A stretch of DNA of 32,980 bases from an uncultured Pirellulales bacterium. GTDB lineage: Bacteria; Planctomycetota; Phycisphaerae; Sedimentisphaerales; Anaerobacaceae. Made by a program: the position numbers and the translations under genes. Position 1 is the first letter of the stretch. Each line of letters starts with the position of its first letter. The notes beneath the pieces were generated by a model that was not told where the DNA came from, did not search any database, and saw only the letters and a list, made by a program, of their open reading frames with translations. The stretch is from the NCBI GenBank assembly GCA_964475805.1, contig CAYZAH010000001.1, forward strand, positions 1 through 32,980, given 5' to 3'. This document shows positions 7,836 through 16,330 of the stretch, in pieces.

Positions 7836-10184
7836 ATGGCCACCATAAATCTACCCGGCTTGTCCACGGGGATCGACACGAGCCAGATCATTCAGCAATT
7901 GATGGCGGTCGAGCGCCGCTCGCTCAATTTATACGAAGAACGCAAGAGCACATGGGACGAACGTAAGAGCGCTCTGAGCACGTTGGAAGGCAAGCTCAGC
8001 AACTTGAAAAGCGCCGCCAGCGCCCTTTCCGACGCCGACGGGCTCCGCGCCTTTAAGACGGCCTCCAGCGACTCCGACAAGCTGACCGCAGAGGCTTCCT
8101 ACAATGCCTTCGAGGGAAATCACACGGTGGTTATCAACCAGTTGGCTACTGCGGAGCGCTGGGTCCAGACGGAAGGCATCGAATACGCCGAGGACTACGT
8201 GGGAGCCGGCACATTTATTTATTCCTACGACAACAAGGAAGCCACTATAACAACCACAGAGACGACCACCCTTGAGGATTTGGTCGGTCTGATTAACAAT
8301 GACGCAAACAATCCCGGCGTGACTGCCAGCCTGCTCTACTACAACGACGCCTACCACCTGGTGTTGAATGGAAATGACGCCGGCACAGATTATCGAATCT
8401 CGATCAACGAAAGCAGCACAGAGATGTGGCAAGCCGATAGTGAGCTGACGTACGCCGGGGACAATGCGACGCTGGCGACGAAGATCACGGATATCGATCA
8501 ATTCAGTGGAACACTCTCGGGTGATGAGGTGATTGAGATCACGGGCACGGACCATAACGGCAACACCATTGCCCAAGTGAACCTCAGCGTGACGAGCAAT
8601 ACAAAACTCAGCCACCTCATTAGCGAAATCAATGATGCTTTTGACGGGATAGCGAAAGCCACCTTAGAAAACGGGAAAATAATCCTGACGGACAAAGCAC
8701 CCGGGGCGAGCGATCTTTCGATTAGTCTCAATTATAGTGATAGCAACGCGTCGTCTACATTCACCTTGCCGACTATGGCCGTGTTGACGGAAGGTGGAAT
8801 CGCGACGGCCAACCTCACCGGTTTTACCGCGTCTGATTTTACGCAGACCCAGGCCGCTCAAAATTCTTTGATTCGAGTCGATGGTTATCCTTCCACTTCA
8901 GCGGTTGCCGAGGTTCAGACGATGGAACGCAGTCCGTCGCCGAACGACGGTACCTACACTTTAACGTATGAAGGACAGACTACGGCCGCCATCGCTTATA
9001 ATGCATCCACCTCTGAAATTCAAGCCGCACTGGAGGCGCTGTCCACCATAGGCGCCGGAAGCATAACAGTAGGAGGCGGAACCGAGGGTCTGGCAGATGG
9101 TGCTGTGACGTTCACATTCAGCACCACTCTCGGCAACGTGAGCATGATATCGGTGAACGGCAGTGATCTTGGCCCGAGTGGCTCGACTGTTACCGTTGAA
9201 GAAACAGCAAAAGGCATCCCGGCCTACATCAGCCGGAGTTCCAACACGGTAGATGACGTGATTCACGGAGTTGCATTGCACCTGCACGATGTCACGGACG
9301 CCACGGGTGAAGAAATCACGTTGACCAGGGATATCGAGTCGGTAAAGGACCGATTGACCTCCATGGTCGAGGCCTATAATCTCGCTGTCGCCAATATTCA
9401 AGAGACAACCGGCTACGATAGTGATACTAAACAAGCCGGCGTGCTCATAGGAGATTACGTCGTACGGACCATCGAGTCTCAACTACGCACACCCTTTGTC
9501 GCGCGGACCAGCGGTTTTGTCGTAGACATCGACACCTTCCTAATGCCCGGTCAGATTGGCCTTGAACTGGATAAAGACGGGCTTCTAAATCTGGACTCCA
9601 ACGCACTCGATGAAGCGATCGCTGAGGATTATATGAGTGTGCTGGCCCTCATTGGAGCGGACAAAACGGGCAGCAGCAACAGTAATACGATCAAATTCTA
9701 CGGCGCCGCCAGCAATTATACGACCGCGAATACATATGACGTGGAGGTCACCGTCAACGGCGGGGCTATCACCGGCGCAAGAATCAAGCTCTCGACCGAG
9801 TCCGAATGGCGCGACGCGACGTACAGTGGCAATATCGTCACAGGCGACAGTACGTTCGACAACAACGGCGATCCCGTGCATCCGGAAAACGCCCTTCAAT
9901 TGAGCGTGGACCTGAGTCAGGACGGGACATTTGACGCTACCGTCAGAGTCCGGCAAGGTTTTGCCGGGGCATTAGAAGACGCACTGGACAACATGCTCAA
10001 GGTAAGCACCGGTTCCATTCAGATGGACCGGGACAACGTGGACGACCAAATAGAAATACTTCAGGAGAGGATTGACCTCGAAGACTATCGTCTGACAAAA
10101 CGTGAGGAAAGACTGACGGCTCAATATGCCCGTCTCGAAAAAACTCTAACCCTTCTGCAAAGCCAGTTGAACGCCCTGAGTTAA
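7836..10184 (+). CDS. fliD: Flagellar filament cap protein FliD (hook-associated protein 2), long form (782 aa)
   Basis: N-terminus LPGLSTGIDTSQIIQQLMAVERRSL and C-terminal coiled coil RLTAQYARLEKTLTLLQSQLNALS are typical of FliD. Central motif AQNSLIRVDG ... YISRSSNTVDDVIHGVALHL. GGTAGAAACGG precedes the ATG. Confidence 0.93.
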   Translation: MATINLPGLSTGIDTSQIIQQLMAVERRSLNLYEERKSTWDERKSALSTLEGKLSNLKSAASALSDADGLRAFKTASSDSDKLTAEASYNAFEGNHTVVINQLATAERWVQTEGIEYAEDYVGAGTFIYSYDNKEATITTTETTTLEDLVGLINNDANNPGVTASLLYYNDAYHLVLNGNDAGTDYRISINESSTEMWQADSELTYAGDNATLATKITDIDQFSGTLSGDEVIEITGTDHNGNTIAQVNLSVTSNTKLSHLISEINDAFDGIAKATLENGKIILTDKAPGASDLSISLNYSDSNASSTFTLPTMAVLTEGGIATANLTGFTASDFTQTQAAQNSLIRVDGYPSTSAVAEVQTMERSPSPNDGTYTLTYEGQTTAAIAYNASTSEIQAALEALSTIGAGSITVGGGTEGLADGAVTFTFSTTLGNVSMISVNGSDLGPSGSTVTVEETAKGIPAYISRSSNTVDDVIHGVALHLHDVTDATGEEITLTRDIESVKDRLTSMVEAYNLAVANIQETTGYDSDTKQAGVLIGDYVVRTIESQLRTPFVARTSGFVVDIDTFLMPGQIGLELDKDGLLNLDSNALDEAIAEDYMSVLALIGADKTGSSNSNTIKFYGAASNYTTANTYDVEVTVNGGAITGARIKLSTESEWRDATYSGNIVTGDSTFDNNGDPVHPENALQLSVDLSQDGTFDATVRVRQGFAGALEDALDNMLKVSTGSIQMDRDNVDDQIEILQERIDLEDYRLTKREERLTAQYARLEKTLTLLQSQLNALS

Positions 10185-10268
10185 GGCGAACAAAGTATGG
10201 TTTACGAGTTGCGATTGTTGACTGTGTGACTCTGTCGAATCTGTAGATCGCAAATCGAAAATCAAACG

Positions 10269-11342
10269 TCAGGTGGTTGCTCTTTTGCGGCGTAAGCGAT
10301 AGATCATGGCCAGCACTTCTGCGACGGCTACGTACAGACCTTCAGGGATAGGATGGCCCGGTTCGACCGTTGAATAGATGGTCCTGGCAAGCTCCGGTCT
10401 GGTGACGATGGGCACGCCGTACGCCCGTGCAATTTCTCTTATCTTCTCGGCCAAATGGTCCGCCCCTTTGGCGACTAACACGGGCGCATCCATGGTTTTG
10501 GCATCATACCGAAGCGCCACGGCCACGTGTGTGGGATTGACGAGAACGACGCTCGCCTTGGGCACCTCCTTCAACAACCGCTTGGCAGCCATCCCCAACT
10601 GGATTCTCCGAATCCGCCCTTTAACCTCCGGTGAACCTTCCGTGTCTTTGCGCTCCTGTTTGACCTCTTGCCGTGTCATCTTCAAATCTTCTTTGTACTT
10701 CCATTTCTGATAGAAGGTGTCCGCGATTCCAACGACCAGCAGTGCAATGCCGACACGGATCACCAGGCCAAGGATAATCTGAGCGATAGCCGCAAGCATT
10801 TGTCCGGACCAGGTCCATCGAAGCCTGGCAAGCGTATCGAGTTTGTCACGCAGATAAAACCATACGATCAGTGTGACAAAAATCAGTTTCACTATCGACG
10901 TCAAGAGTCTCACTATAGACCGGGCGTTTACCAGTTTTGCGAATCCTGTGACCGGATTGATCTGGTTGAATTTCAATTTTATGGCGCCCGGCGAGAAATT
11001 CAGCCCCCCAATACCAACACAGGTCGCCGCCACGCTTACGAACAGCACAGCAAGAATAGGAGTGATAACCAACGCAAGATCAATCAGCTTTCTATGAACG
11101 AAGCCCATAAATGCCCTTGCGTCGGTAAACAAGCCAGTCTGGCATGACATCCCCTCCTTCATCTCCGTTTGCATCCACTGCATGAGGCTCGGACTGAACA
11201 GAGCCAGCATGGCCACCAGCACCAAGAGCGTCACAATCGACGTTAACTCCTGGCTTTGCGGTACTTGCCCCTTAACCTTCGCGTCCTTCAACCGCTTTGG
11301 GGTTGGTTGTTCTGTTTTCTCGCCGGCCGAGTCCTCTGCCAT
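10269..11342 (-). CDS. flhB: Flagellar type III export switch protein FlhB
   Basis: N-terminus EKTEQPTPKRLKDAKVKGQVPQSQEL, four TM segments, and the NPTH autocleavage motif (VLVNPTHVAVAL). Confidence 0.95.
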   Translation of the reverse strand: MAEDSAGEKTEQPTPKRLKDAKVKGQVPQSQELTSIVTLLVLVAMLALFSPSLMQWMQTEMKEGMSCQTGLFTDARAFMGFVHRKLIDLALVITPILAVLFVSVAATCVGIGGLNFSPGAIKLKFNQINPVTGFAKLVNARSIVRLLTSIVKLIFVTLIVWFYLRDKLDTLARLRWTWSGQMLAAIAQIILGLVIRVGIALLVVGIADTFYQKWKYKEDLKMTRQEVKQERKDTEGSPEVKGRIRRIQLGMAAKRLLKEVPKASVVLVNPTHVAVALRYDAKTMDAPVLVAKGADHLAEKIREIARAYGVPIVTRPELARTIYSTVEPGHPIPEGLYVAVAEVLAMIYRLRRKRATT

Positions 11343-11358
11343 GTTCTATCCCAGATCG

Positions 11359-11379
11359 TTGACTATTGACAATTGACTA
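11359..11379. repeat. Three tandem heptamers TTGACTA-TTGACAA-TTGACTA (minus-strand sense TAGTCAA-TTGTCAA-TAGTCAA) 16 nt upstream of the flhB ATG
   Basis: Read directly from the sequence. Located in the 111-nt fliR-flhB spacer. Confidence 0.6.
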
Positions 11380-11453
11380 ATCGCACGCGAGCAGTCCCCC
11401 GGTACACGTAGACTCTTCATTAGTTAGTAGCCCACGGACAATCCAAACGGTCT

Positions 11454-12206
11454 TCATAAGGGCAACAGTTTTCCCATTAGGTCGGCGAATTCAGACACGA
11501 AGGTGCTGATGAGCGGCAGGAATGCAACCATCATTAATAATCCCAGGCCCACACGCAACGGCAGGCTAATGAACAGTATATTCATTTCCGGGATCATGCG
11601 GGCCAAGATCGCCAGTACAACCATCAACAGCAAAGACGCCGCCAACATTGGAGCAGCTAATTTCAGGCCCGCCACCAACATGGTCGAGCCTGCTCGAATC
11701 ATGCCGCTGGCCAGGACGGGTATTGTCGGGATACTGCCTGGCGGAAACGCCTCATAGCTCTTCGATATGGTCAACAGGAACAAGTGGTGGCCGTTGGCAT
11801 TGAGTAGAAGGAGGATGAACACCATCTCCAGAAGACTACCCAGTGGCTGCGTGGCCTCCCCGGTCAACGGATCCAGAATCTCGGCCATTGTCAGGCCCAT
11901 CTCCTGTTCCACGACGTGCGCGCCAAACCTGACGGCGGCGAACAGAACAGCCGCTACTAATCCCAGAGCCAATCCGTACGTGCCTTCGTTGATGATGAGC
12001 AACACCATTTCCGGGAAGGAAGCCTGTCTGACCGCGGCAGGAATGGGTGTGATCATCAGGAAGAAGATCGACAATAGCAAGGTCAATGAAATCCTGACCC
12101 TCATCGGAATGCTTGCCCAGCTAAAGACGGGAACGACCATGAGAAACGCCGAAATCCGCGTTAGGACCATCACAAAGCCAAGCAGTTTCCCACCCATGAA
12201 CGGCAT
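11454..12206 (-). CDS. fliR: Flagellar export gate protein FliR
   Basis: 250-aa polytopic membrane protein in the canonical position after fliQ, with a FliR-like N-terminus (LLGFVMVLTRISAFLMVVPVFS). Confidence 0.9.
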   Translation of the reverse strand: MPFMGGKLLGFVMVLTRISAFLMVVPVFSWASIPMRVRISLTLLLSIFFLMITPIPAAVRQASFPEMVLLIINEGTYGLALGLVAAVLFAAVRFGAHVVEQEMGLTMAEILDPLTGEATQPLGSLLEMVFILLLLNANGHHLFLLTISKSYEAFPPGSIPTIPVLASGMIRAGSTMLVAGLKLAAPMLAASLLLMVVLAILARMIPEMNILFISLPLRVGLGLLMMVAFLPLISTFVSEFADLMGKLLPL

Positions 12207-12209
12207 AGA

Positions 12210-12479
12210 TCAGCGCCCAATATTCTGAATCTGGCCGAAGATTTCATTCGTGAACCGAAGAACGACATCCAGAATCCAGCCACCGCAGACCAATACGACG
12301 ACGCCTACAGCCAGAAGCTTCGGGACGATTGATAAGGTCATGTCGCGGATGGACGTTACGGCCTGAAGCAACGTAACGACCACACCAACAATGATACATG
12401 TCAGTAAGATCGGGGCTGACAGAAACAAAACTGTCTCGAGGGTACGCCGACTTAGGTAAAGAACGAAACTGCTATCCAT
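12210..12479 (-). CDS. fliQ: Flagellar export gate protein FliQ
   Basis: 89 aa, two TM segments, LSAPILLTCIIVGVVVTLLQAVTSIRDMTLSIVPKLLAV, located between fliP and fliR. Confidence 0.92.
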   Translation of the reverse strand: MDSSFVLYLSRRTLETVLFLSAPILLTCIIVGVVVTLLQAVTSIRDMTLSIVPKLLAVGVVVLVCGGWILDVVLRFTNEIFGQIQNIGR

Positions 12480-12527
12480 AACTTGTGTCTCATATCTTGT
12501 GAATCAAAACTCGTGCACTCGCCCAGG

Positions 12528-13397
12528 CTAATGGAAGCTCAGGCTGAGGTTTTTTGCCAGCAGCCCCCAGCCGTCAACGAGAATGAATAACATGAGCTTG
12601 AACGGCAGTGAGATCATTGCCGGAGGCAACATCATCATCCCGGCACTCAGCAGGACGCTTGCGATCACCATGTCCACCAGGAGAAAAGGGATAAACAGCA
12701 AACAGCCGATCTCAAACGCCGTACGGAACTCGCTGATGATAAAGGCCGGAATGACGATATACATGTCGATATCTTTGAGGCTCTTGGGAGGCTTGATCTT
12801 AGCCATCTCGACAAAAAGAGCCAGATCAGCCTGTCGGCTCTGCCGAAGCATGAATTCCTTAATGCAATCACTGGCTTTGGTACTTGCGGCCTGAAAATCG
12901 ATCTCGTCCGTCAGATAAGGTTGGATGGAGCTGGCGTTGATCTTCGCAAACGTTGGCGCCATGGTAAACATCGTCAGAAACAGAGCCAAGCCTATGATGG
13001 CAATGGTCGGCGGGATTGTCTGAGTGGTCAACGCCCGCCGGATGAAGGCCAGAACGATAACGATTCTCGTGAATGACGTCATCATCATTAAAAGACTCGG
13101 CAATACCGCCAGGCCCGTGAAGACGATGACGAGCTTGACCGGTGTAGACCAGTCCTTTCTTTCCGGCTGTCCGGCTGTCGCTTTGTCTACAACCGTCAGC
13201 AAATCCCCAATATTCGGGATTCCATCCGCTTGCTTGTCTGGTTTCTGTGTCTCCGTAGGCATACTGGGCATTACCGGAGGCTTGATCGTACTCTCGTCCT
13301 GACCAGCGCACAATCCCGTCGGTATGAAAGCAAGCCCGATGTACAGCGGAATTAAACAAAGTAGTTTGATCGGCCGAGTTATCCTATGGGTTTTCAA
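12528..13397 (-). CDS. fliP: Flagellar export gate protein FliP (with signal peptide and N-terminal extension)
   Basis: Conserved core LPSLLMMMTSFTRIVIVLAFIRRALTTQTIPP ... FLLVDMVIASVLLSAGMMMLPP. The TTG start overlaps the fliO stop (TTGA). Confidence 0.93.
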   Translation of the reverse strand: MKTHRITRPIKLLCLIPLYIGLAFIPTGLCAGQDESTIKPPVMPSMPTETQKPDKQADGIPNIGDLLTVVDKATAGQPERKDWSTPVKLVIVFTGLAVLPSLLMMMTSFTRIVIVLAFIRRALTTQTIPPTIAIIGLALFLTMFTMAPTFAKINASSIQPYLTDEIDFQAASTKASDCIKEFMLRQSRQADLALFVEMAKIKPPKSLKDIDMYIVIPAFIISEFRTAFEIGCLLFIPFLLVDMVIASVLLSAGMMMLPPAMISLPFKLMLFILVDGWGLLAKNLSLSFH

Positions 13398-13924
13398 CTG
13401 TAAATCATCTCCTGGGCCGGTACCGTTGCGGGACCGGGGGTTACGTCCGCCAGCTTCGTGACGTTCTCGTTTGTGCTGCCTATGAGAATACGTCGGTCGC
13501 CTATCTCGATCAGATGCACGGCTCTACGAGGCCCAATGTGAACTGTCTCGACAATCCGAATTTCTTTACCGGGCAACCGGGTGATCCGGGGTAGGAATCT
13601 CTTTGAAACGTACATCGCCGCCACACCGAGAACAGCAACGAACAAAACCGCAAGCATTGCTCTAAGGAAGATTTCTCCGTTGCCCGTGCGATAATCCGAC
13701 CTGTCTGAAAAGTTAAGATCCTTGGCAAATAGACCACCATCTTCATCTGTCCCCGCCGGCTGGGGTTCATTGGGTTCGGCCGTCGACTCCCCTGATACCG
13801 TTCCACCTGCGGACGACCGAGCGGAGCAAACGATCAACGCGCCGTTGCCCAGAGCAGCAATGATCAAAAGAACGACTGTCTTTTTCTTGAATCGAGTCAC
13901 ACTGAAACTCGCGCTACACACCAA
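13394..13924 (-). CDS. fliO: FliO/FliZ-like flagellar export protein (start uncertain)
   Basis: Single-TM protein immediately upstream of fliP. C-terminal IRIVETVHIGPRRAVHLIEIGDRRILIGSTNENVTKLADV is FliO-like. The longest ORF begins at TTG 13924, and the in-frame GTG at 13900 is an alternative. Confidence 0.7.
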   Translation of the reverse strand: MVCSASFSVTRFKKKTVVLLIIAALGNGALIVCSARSSAGGTVSGESTAEPNEPQPAGTDEDGGLFAKDLNFSDRSDYRTGNGEIFLRAMLAVLFVAVLGVAAMYVSKRFLPRITRLPGKEIRIVETVHIGPRRAVHLIEIGDRRILIGSTNENVTKLADVTPGPATVPAQEMIYS

Positions 13925-13978
13925 ATACCATCAATGAGCCGTCACCCGGCGGCGCAAAACAAGCGCCTGTATCAACTG

Positions 13979-13994
13979 AGCAAATAACGTGCCG
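13979..13994 (-). promoter_or_regulatory. Sigma54 (-24/-12) promoter candidate for fliOPQR-flhB
   Basis: The minus strand reads CGGCACGTTATTTGCT compared with the consensus TGGCACG-N4-TTGCW. Spacing is exact and only the first base differs. It lies about 55 nt upstream of the fliO start, in a 172-nt gap. Confidence 0.6.
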
Positions 13995-14068
13995 AAATGC
14001 CGAAAACATGCGTTGACTCAGTTTAGGAGGCAGTGATGAGGTAAAGATCACATGCGCGTGCTGAAAAT

Positions 14069-14087
14069 CTGTCCAAAAACTTGACAG
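14069..14087 (-). terminator. Weak hairpin + U-rich tail just after the motB' stop
   Basis: Minus-strand RNA CUGUC-aaguuuuug-GACAG followed by AUUUUC. The stem is only 5 bp. Confidence 0.25.
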
Positions 14088-14096
14088 GCGCAAAAA

Positions 14097-14876
14097 TTAG
14101 CCGGTCTTCCTCAATACGGCAATAAGGATCTGCGACTTCTTGGAAAACGGGCTGTCTTGATTCGCCCAGTCTCCTCCCGAGCCGGCTCCCCAGGAATAAA
14201 CAGACCACCTGGATTGTTCAGTAAACGAACTCTGCCGGCCCTGTAAACTCGACTGCGAGGACAACGACAGGTTGCTTCGCAGGAAATCCGCCACGACCTT
14301 GGCTCGCCTGGCCGAGAGAAACACTCGTTCTTTCTCAGTTCCACCATCGGACGCCAACCCCAGTACATACAGAATAACGCGTTTGCGACTGGCATCCTGC
14401 CGTAAATCTCGACAGAATCCCGTCAGGAATTGTCTGGCCGACTCATCCAGGCTGTCCCCACCGGGCGAGAAATGAACGTTAGCTACCGAATAGTCGGCCC
14501 TTTCCGCAGCGACCGGTGAAGGGACAATCATTGCCTGTTCCCTGAGCTTTTCACAAATCCGACGTAGCTCTTCAATGTTGGAGTCGATCATCCTGCCGTC
14601 GTCCGACTCATCCGGACTTTCCGTTGGGTATTTGAGCTTAGGATCACCCAAATTCGGTACGTTCGACCGCCCGAAGAGCATACCGAGCCCAATGCATCTG
14701 AGCGACTCTATGAAGGAGTCTCTGCCTTTATCAAAAAGCTCAGGGTCCTGTACGTCCGCGAGGGACAGTAGCATGACGAAGAACGTCAGTAGGAGCGTGA
14801 CCATGTCCGAATAGGTCACGATGTACCCCGGAACCTTTGCCCCCCCCTCCTCGCGTTTCGATTTCCGCCATTTCAA
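14097..14876 (-). CDS. motB: Second MotB-like stator protein (OmpA-like C-terminus)
   Basis: Plug/TM motif GYIVTYSDMVTLLLTFFVMLLSLA with the conserved Asp. OmpA-like C-terminal segment (LSARRAKVVADFL). The TTG start overlaps the stop of the upstream motB (TTGA). Confidence 0.8.
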   Translation of the reverse strand: MKWRKSKREEGGAKVPGYIVTYSDMVTLLLTFFVMLLSLADVQDPELFDKGRDSFIESLRCIGLGMLFGRSNVPNLGDPKLKYPTESPDESDDGRMIDSNIEELRRICEKLREQAMIVPSPVAAERADYSVANVHFSPGGDSLDESARQFLTGFCRDLRQDASRKRVILYVLGLASDGGTEKERVFLSARRAKVVADFLRSNLSLSSQSSLQGRQSSFTEQSRWSVYSWGAGSGGDWANQDSPFSKKSQILIAVLRKTG

Positions 14877-15559
14877 TTGTACACATTCCGCTTCAATAGA
14901 GTGATCTCAACCATGCGTCCGGAGGTCCGGCTCCCTGAACCGTCACGGGCCACAATGCCCGCCGCCGAGATACTGAAGCGATTGGGGTCCATGCTCCGCT
15001 TTTTGGTGAGATAATCCATGATGGCCCATGCTCGCGGCAAGCCCAAGCTCCGGCCGTTTTGCACCTCGGTTGGTCCCGTTTCACTAACCACAACGCGTCC
15101 CGGGACCCTCTGCAGAACCCCCTCCATGAGGTTCATGACGTCTCGGCCTTGTTGCGTGAGAATTGCCCCCCTGCCCCAGAAGACCTTTTGCGACGGGATG
15201 AGAAACACCATGCCGCCGTGGAGATCCTTAAGTCCAGCTTCTTTCATCAGAGCTTCTTCCAACTTTTCAGCTAACGTTGGCTTCTCGCTGCCTTTTTTAC
15301 GCTGGACCTTGTGTTGAATGGGGTCGGAAAAGGTTAGCGCGTCCCTCGGCCTGATTCGCGGTGTGTCCGTGATGCTATTTAATGCCTGAGAGTAGACAAC
15401 TCTCAAGTCCGAAAAGATTTTGTTGTCAAAAGACGAAAAACTCAGAAGGAGCACAAAGAATGTTAACAACAGCGTCATACAGTCACTGAAGGTAACCATC
15501 CATTCCGGGGCGCCGGGCGCCTCATCAGATTCCGGCGGCTTCTTCTTGCGCTTGCTCAT
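14873..15559 (-). CDS. motB: MotB-like stator protein
   Basis: PEWMVTFSDCMTLLLTFFVLLLSFSS with the conserved Asp. C-terminus RAWAIMDYL ... GRMVEITLLKR is OmpA-like. I prefer the ATG at 15559 (MSKRKKK), which overlaps the motA stop as ATGA. The ORF-track start at 15595 would overlap motA by 40 nt. Confidence 0.85.
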   Translation of the reverse strand: MSKRKKKPPESDEAPGAPEWMVTFSDCMTLLLTFFVLLLSFSSFDNKIFSDLRVVYSQALNSITDTPRIRPRDALTFSDPIQHKVQRKKGSEKPTLAEKLEEALMKEAGLKDLHGGMVFLIPSQKVFWGRGAILTQQGRDVMNLMEGVLQRVPGRVVVSETGPTEVQNGRSLGLPRAWAIMDYLTKKRSMDPNRFSISAAGIVARDGSGSRTSGRMVEITLLKRNVYN

Positions 15560-16326
15560 ATTGTTGCCTTGACTTCCTCTCGCCGGCTCTGGCAAATGAA
15601 CGCTTGCATTTTCTCTCGAATCGTCGTCGGATTGTCACCCTCAGCTATCGCGCATATTCCTTCGACGATCATTTCCATCGACGTCGTTTCCGCCTTGGAA
15701 TAAATCCCCAGTTTCCCCGCCAAGGGAATGAAGATCAAGTTGGCGGCAAACGCTCCGTAGAACGTCGTGAGCAACGCGACGGCCATACCGGCACCGATCT
15801 GGTCCGGCGAGGACAGATTCTTGAGCATCTGAACCAGCCCGATGAGCGTCCCGATCATGCCAAAGGCTGGCGCCGCCGCACCCATGAATTCCAGGATTTT
15901 CTTGCCGTCCGAGTGACGGTCTTGAAGGTTATCGATCTCCAGCGATAAGAGGTCCCGGATAACGTCAGAATCCTGTCCATCCACGAGCATCTGCATACCC
16001 TTGACAAAGAACATGTCGTTAATCCTCGGAATCTCCTGCTCCAGAGCCAACGCGCCGTCGCGCCGATTAATGACGGCAAAGTTGATCATGTTCTGTATCA
16101 GCTCCGACGGAGGCGAGATTTTGGTGATGATCGTCTTCTTGATAACGCCAAATATTCCCAAGAACTGAGGCAGAGAAAAATGTATGAGCGTTGAGCACAA
16201 CATACCTCCAACGGTGATCGCCAACGAAGGAATGTGCACAAAGGACTGCCAGCCGCCTCCGACAACAATGGCACCGACCACGACAAGAAAACCAAGAACC
16301 ACGCCCACAACAGTGGCAATATCCAT
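15556..16326 (-). CDS. motA: Flagellar stator protein MotA/PomA family
   Basis: Four-TM MotA/ExbB-type protein (MDIATVVGVVLGFLVV ..., GAAAPAFGMIGTLIGLVQML, MAVALLTTFYGAFAANLIFIPLA). I prefer the ATG at 16326, preceded by GAGGGAGAG. The ORF-track TTG at 16344 is less likely. Confidence 0.92.
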   Translation of the reverse strand: MDIATVVGVVLGFLVVVGAIVVGGGWQSFVHIPSLAITVGGMLCSTLIHFSLPQFLGIFGVIKKTIITKISPPSELIQNMINFAVINRRDGALALEQEIPRINDMFFVKGMQMLVDGQDSDVIRDLLSLEIDNLQDRHSDGKKILEFMGAAAPAFGMIGTLIGLVQMLKNLSSPDQIGAGMAVALLTTFYGAFAANLIFIPLAGKLGIYSKAETTSMEMIVEGICAIAEGDNPTTIREKMQAFICQSRREEVKATI

Positions 16327-16330
16327 AGGA

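Noticed and set aside
7929-8615. Long antisense ORFs inside flagellar genes (7929-8615 in fliD; 18126-18839 in fliI; 19567-20253 in fliG; 20882-21373 and 21280-22005 in fliF; 10668-11147 in flhB; 12868-13359 in fliP; 27887-28340 in fliC)
   Set aside because: They have no recognisable motifs and Arg/Ser/Pro-rich compositions typical of antisense frames in GC-rich DNA. Each is fully embedded in a strongly supported gene on the other strand.
10185-10268. Intrinsic terminator between convergent fliD and flhB
   Set aside because: Only a 7-bp TTGCGAT/ATCGCAA pairing with a 31-nt loop and no U-tract. This is not convincing as a terminator.
14081-14086. Perfect TTGACA hexamer (plus strand) in the motB'-fliO gap as a sigma70 -35
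   Set aside because: There is no TATAAT-like hexamer 16-18 nt downstream, and there is no plus-strand gene to drive.
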